From a virus, in IMG/VR virus record IMGVR_UViG_3300013027_000005, positions 1 to 44,078 of that record: a stretch of 44,078 bases of DNA; one strand, given 5' to 3'. This document shows, piece by piece, positions 41,406-44,078 of the stretch (positions within the stretch are counted from its first letter, which is position 1; every line of letters begins with the position of its first letter). The notes under the pieces were generated by a model. The model was given only the letters and a program-made list of their open reading frames with translations, did no database searches and was not told the origin of the DNA. The position numbers and the translations under genes are program-made.

Positions 41406-44078
41406 GTCTGATATCCGACATCCAGTCACAGAACGACAAACGGGTACAGGTACAACCCCCAATGGCAGCAATGCCCCCGACCCCAAGCCCCCTACCTGAC
41501 ACCTCTCTAATACCTGTGTCCCCAAACAGCAGCGGAGCTGCGCTCCCTGGAGAGGCATCTACAAGCCCCGTGGTGACCCCTGAGATGTCGGCCCCCACAG
41601 ATGCTGGCCCAGCGCTTTTTGACCCCGCTACGCAGGACGTGGGTGGCGCTCAGACGACATCCACTCCTGCTCCCGACATCAGCAACCCACTGACCCCCGC
41701 TTTGGACCCCATTGCGGGGGAACTCATTAACGCCCCTGTCTCTGTAGGCGAGGAAAGTAAGTTCCAGGAAGCAGGCGCACCCACAGTTGGTGAAGTAGCT
41801 GAACTGACTACTGCCAAGAACCAACTCGACAACATCAACACAAACGCACAACTTGAGAACGTCAAGGACCTGGATGCTCCTGATGCCTGGTACGACGGTT
41901 TCATGTATGAGGGCCCCTCGACTGAGGAACTGCTAGCCGAGTTTAAGACTGATGCGGCTGACATTGTTGACCGCATCGACTGGAACGCATCCCAAGCCCC
42001 CCTTGTGTCACGTATTCCTCCAGCCCCGAACGTTACACCCCAGAAGTTCGCAATGAACAGCACGGGTAACGCCTTTGGAAACCAGCCTAACGGAACGTTT
42101 ACGCCTTTTGGTGGTGCGTTCAGTGATGGTCGTCTGTCGTGGGATGAGGCCAAGATGCTGCTTCAACACGACTGGGCACGTGACAGTGACAAGAAGTTTA
42201 GGTATGGCGACCGCCCCAACGGTTTGATGTGGGCGTTATCCATGCCTGGTGCTGTTGCACGTGGTGCCATCGGCCAAGCCCTCAACGCTGCTGGTGTAAA
42301 AAGGTTTGCTGGTGTGTCGGCTGCTCAGGGTTTTCGTGGTGCTGACTACGACTCGGCTGCTTATCAGAACAAACGCAACCCGTTTGCAATGGTTGGTGTT
42401 GGTGTTCAGCAGGGCACTGCTAAACCGAAGGAGTTCCGTACTGGCATTGGCATTCTGGACAAAGCACTGAACACTGGTAGTCGTGCTGTAACGAGTTGGA
42501 ACAACAACTCAAAACTCTACAGTCAGATAGCTGCTGGCCTTCTGGTTGACGCGGTTACTGACCCACTTGACTTTGGTGTTGACAGGCTTTACGCCCTACG
42601 AAAAGCGCGCATCTCTGGCAAGGTCACACCACCTACGCCTAAACGCGCACCCATCCCTGACTCAAGTGCCCTGGTACACGTCCCAAACCCACGTGTATCT
42701 GCCCGTGTCACTCAAACCGTTCGCGCACTTCCAGCAGCCCCTGTTAAAGCCCTACCTATTCCAAGGACTATGGGCGCTCTGCCGTCAGTACCACGATACA
42801 CACCACGTATTGCGTTACCTCCGTCATCCAAACTACGTGACACAGTAAGTACTGCACGTAAAACTCGTGAGGTGTTGGAAGCTGACATCAGAAAGCGGGT
42901 TCAACAGACCATCAAAAAGAACGCCATTGTCAAACCCAAAGATGTCGAGATACCAGCTAACCTGGCTATCATTGATGTTCGTGCCGTGGAAGTACCTGAT
43001 GGTGTGTCTAAGGTAACCAACCCTGGTCACCGTGCTGTTGCTGTACCTGTCAACCGAACCCCAAGCGCAACCAAACCTGGAGAGGTTCCCAATGTTGTGT
43101 CAGAACTCGTCCGTCGTGGTGCTTACACAGTACAGGATGGTGTGCTGACTAGTACGAAAGCAGATGCTGTGTTTCAGGCTCGTGCTGTTGCCCGTGTTGA
43201 TGCGGAACTCACACGTCTAGCTGACATGGTGGACAGTGATGTGGTCGTTGAACTGAACCGCATTCTGGAGATGGCTGATGAGGTGGTCCCCGGTGCTCTG
43301 GCAAAGGTTAAGGATGAGGTGTTCAGTCTTGTTGCCGCCAAAGCCCCCGCGCCCATCAAGAAGCAAATACTACAACTCCAGGGTGTTAAACAACAACTAC
43401 TTTCTCCAGCAAAAGTAAGTGCCACCACTGAGAACATCGTTCCCACATCCACTGATGACCTCCTGGCAGAAACAGCAGAACTGCCTGTAGTTAAGCCTGT
43501 TGACCTGGTGGGCACACCTGACGCTGATGTTGTGGTGCGTGAGCTTGAAGAGCTGCCTGCTGGTGGTCGTATTGCTCCTGAAGTGGTGGAAACACCTGTG
43601 CGTCGTACCAACAAAGACTTAACCGAGTTGGCTGCGTCAATGGGACACATCAAACCACGCAAGAAACCCCTCAGCCGTAAGCAACTGGACCTGTTGGAAG
43701 CCAAGCATGGTGACCTTTACAAGCCTCTGGGTCGTGATGTTAAGGACACAGTACAGAAGTTACGGGCTTCGGGCACACAACTAGAGGTGGCTCCGGCACA
43801 GGTGGATGGTACACCTGCCCAGACTATGACACTGGACATGCGTCAGCCACTCAGTTACGAAGAGGCCAAGGCGGTTGAGCGCAGTATGCGTGAAACCGAA
43901 ACAGCAGGCAGAGCTGAGCGTGTTGCGCGTGAAAACGCCACGTCTCCACTGGCGGCTGAAGCGCGTGGAGTTGACGATGAACTACTTCGTCGTGTGTTGG
44001 ACCAGACTGACGACATTGCTTCGATGTTTGGTGGCACACAGTCATTCAACAAACAGAACCTGGGTAAAGCCCTTCAGA
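41402..44078 (+). CDS. Giant virion-associated (internal/ejected, polyvalent-type) protein, N-terminal part; continues across the junction into 1..1593 (about 1404 aa in total)
   Basis: This ORF is absent from the supplied track because no stop occurs before the window end. I translated from ATG 41402 (MSLISDIQSQNDKRVQVQPPMAAMPPTPSPLPDTS...) to 44078 and found no stop. The ATG overlaps the TGA of the preceding gene (ATGA). The frame is continuous with ORF 1..1593 through the 55-bp overlap. The listed antisense ORFs 41650..42153 and 43174..43704 are shadows of it. Confidence 0.85.
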   Translation, partial: MSLISDIQSQNDKRVQVQPPMAAMPPTPSPLPDTSLIPVSPNSSGAALPGEASTSPVVTPEMSAPTDAGPALFDPATQDVGGAQTTSTPAPDISNPLTPALDPIAGELINAPVSVGEESKFQEAGAPTVGEVAELTTAKNQLDNINTNAQLENVKDLDAPDAWYDGFMYEGPSTEELLAEFKTDAADIVDRIDWNASQAPLVSRIPPAPNVTPQKFAMNSTGNAFGNQPNGTFTPFGGAFSDGRLSWDEAKMLLQHDWARDSDKKFRYGDRPNGLMWALSMPGAVARGAIGQALNAAGVKRFAGVSAAQGFRGADYDSAAYQNKRNPFAMVGVGVQQGTAKPKEFRTGIGILDKALNTGSRAVTSWNNNSKLYSQIAAGLLVDAVTDPLDFGVDRLYALRKARISGKVTPPTPKRAPIPDSSALVHVPNPRVSARVTQTVRALPAAPVKALPIPRTMGALPSVPRYTPRIALPPSSKLRDTVSTARKTREVLEADIRKRVQQTIKKNAIVKPKDVEIPANLAIIDVRAVEVPDGVSKVTNPGHRAVAVPVNRTPSATKPGEVPNVVSELVRRGAYTVQDGVLTSTKADAVFQARAVARVDAELTRLADMVDSDVVVELNRILEMADEVVPGALAKVKDEVFSLVAAKAPAPIKKQILQLQGVKQQLLSPAKVSATTENIVPTSTDDLLAETAELPVVKPVDLVGTPDADVVVRELEELPAGGRIAPEVVETPVRRTNKDLTELAASMGHIKPRKKPLSRKQLDLLEAKHGDLYKPLGRDVKDTVQKLRASGTQLEVAPAQVDGTPAQTMTLDMRQPLSYEEAKAVERSMRETETAGRAERVARENATSPLAAEARGVDDELLRRVLDQTDDIASMFGGTQSFNKQNLGKALQ
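44024..44078. repeat. 55-bp exact terminal overlap (copy 2)
   Basis: Identical to 1..55. Removing one copy gives a 44,023-bp circle. Confidence 0.95.

Noticed and set aside
1-44078. Lysogeny module, CRISPR array, retron or toxin-antitoxin cassette
   Set aside because: I recognised no integrase, recombinase, repressor or RT motifs. There are no regularly spaced direct repeats. The only repeats seen are the short motifs reported above.

Overview
This window is a complete, circularly closed phage genome. The first 55 nt are identical to the last 55 nt, so the unique length is 44,023 bp. It looks like a virulent, podovirus-like tailed dsDNA phage of a Gram-negative-type host. There are two convergent gene blocks. 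(1) The minus-strand early, replication, recombination and lysis block runs from about 23590 down to 6122. It holds small early proteins, a SAP/Rho_N-motif membrane protein, a ParB-like protein, a T7 gp4-like primase-helicase and a T7 endonuclease I-like resolvase. It also holds a family A DNA polymerase interrupted exactly in motif A by an apparent group I intron carrying an HNH endonuclease. Further genes are a holin-like protein, a GH108 lysozyme, a MazG-like pyrophosphohydrolase fusion, a Rad52/Sak-like annealase and a PD-(D/E)xK exonuclease. There are three HNH endonucleases in total. (2) The plus-strand late block runs from 24500 through the contig junction to 6048. It encodes an M15 peptidase, the terminase large subunit, portal, scaffold, major capsid and tail tubular A/B-like proteins. 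These are followed by a chain of ATGA-coupled giant internal or ejected proteins and two small paralogous fibre-like proteins. One giant protein carries M23 peptidase and lytic transglycosylase domains. Another spans the junction, is about 1404 aa, is missing from the ORF track, and carries an ART-PolyVal-like ADP-ribosyltransferase domain. The blocks diverge from a 1.2-kb ORF-poor control region (23264..24499) that contains G-quadruplex-type tracts, polypurine iteron-like repeats and a C9 run. They converge on a bidirectional terminator near 6055..6110. I saw no RNA polymerase, integrase, repressor, tRNA, rRNA or CRISPR array. From memory, the convergent layout with a two-part DNA polymerase resembles LUZ24/PaP3-like podoviruses; I have not verified this. 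All functional calls rest on motifs I recognised by eye and on gene order. No database search was run.
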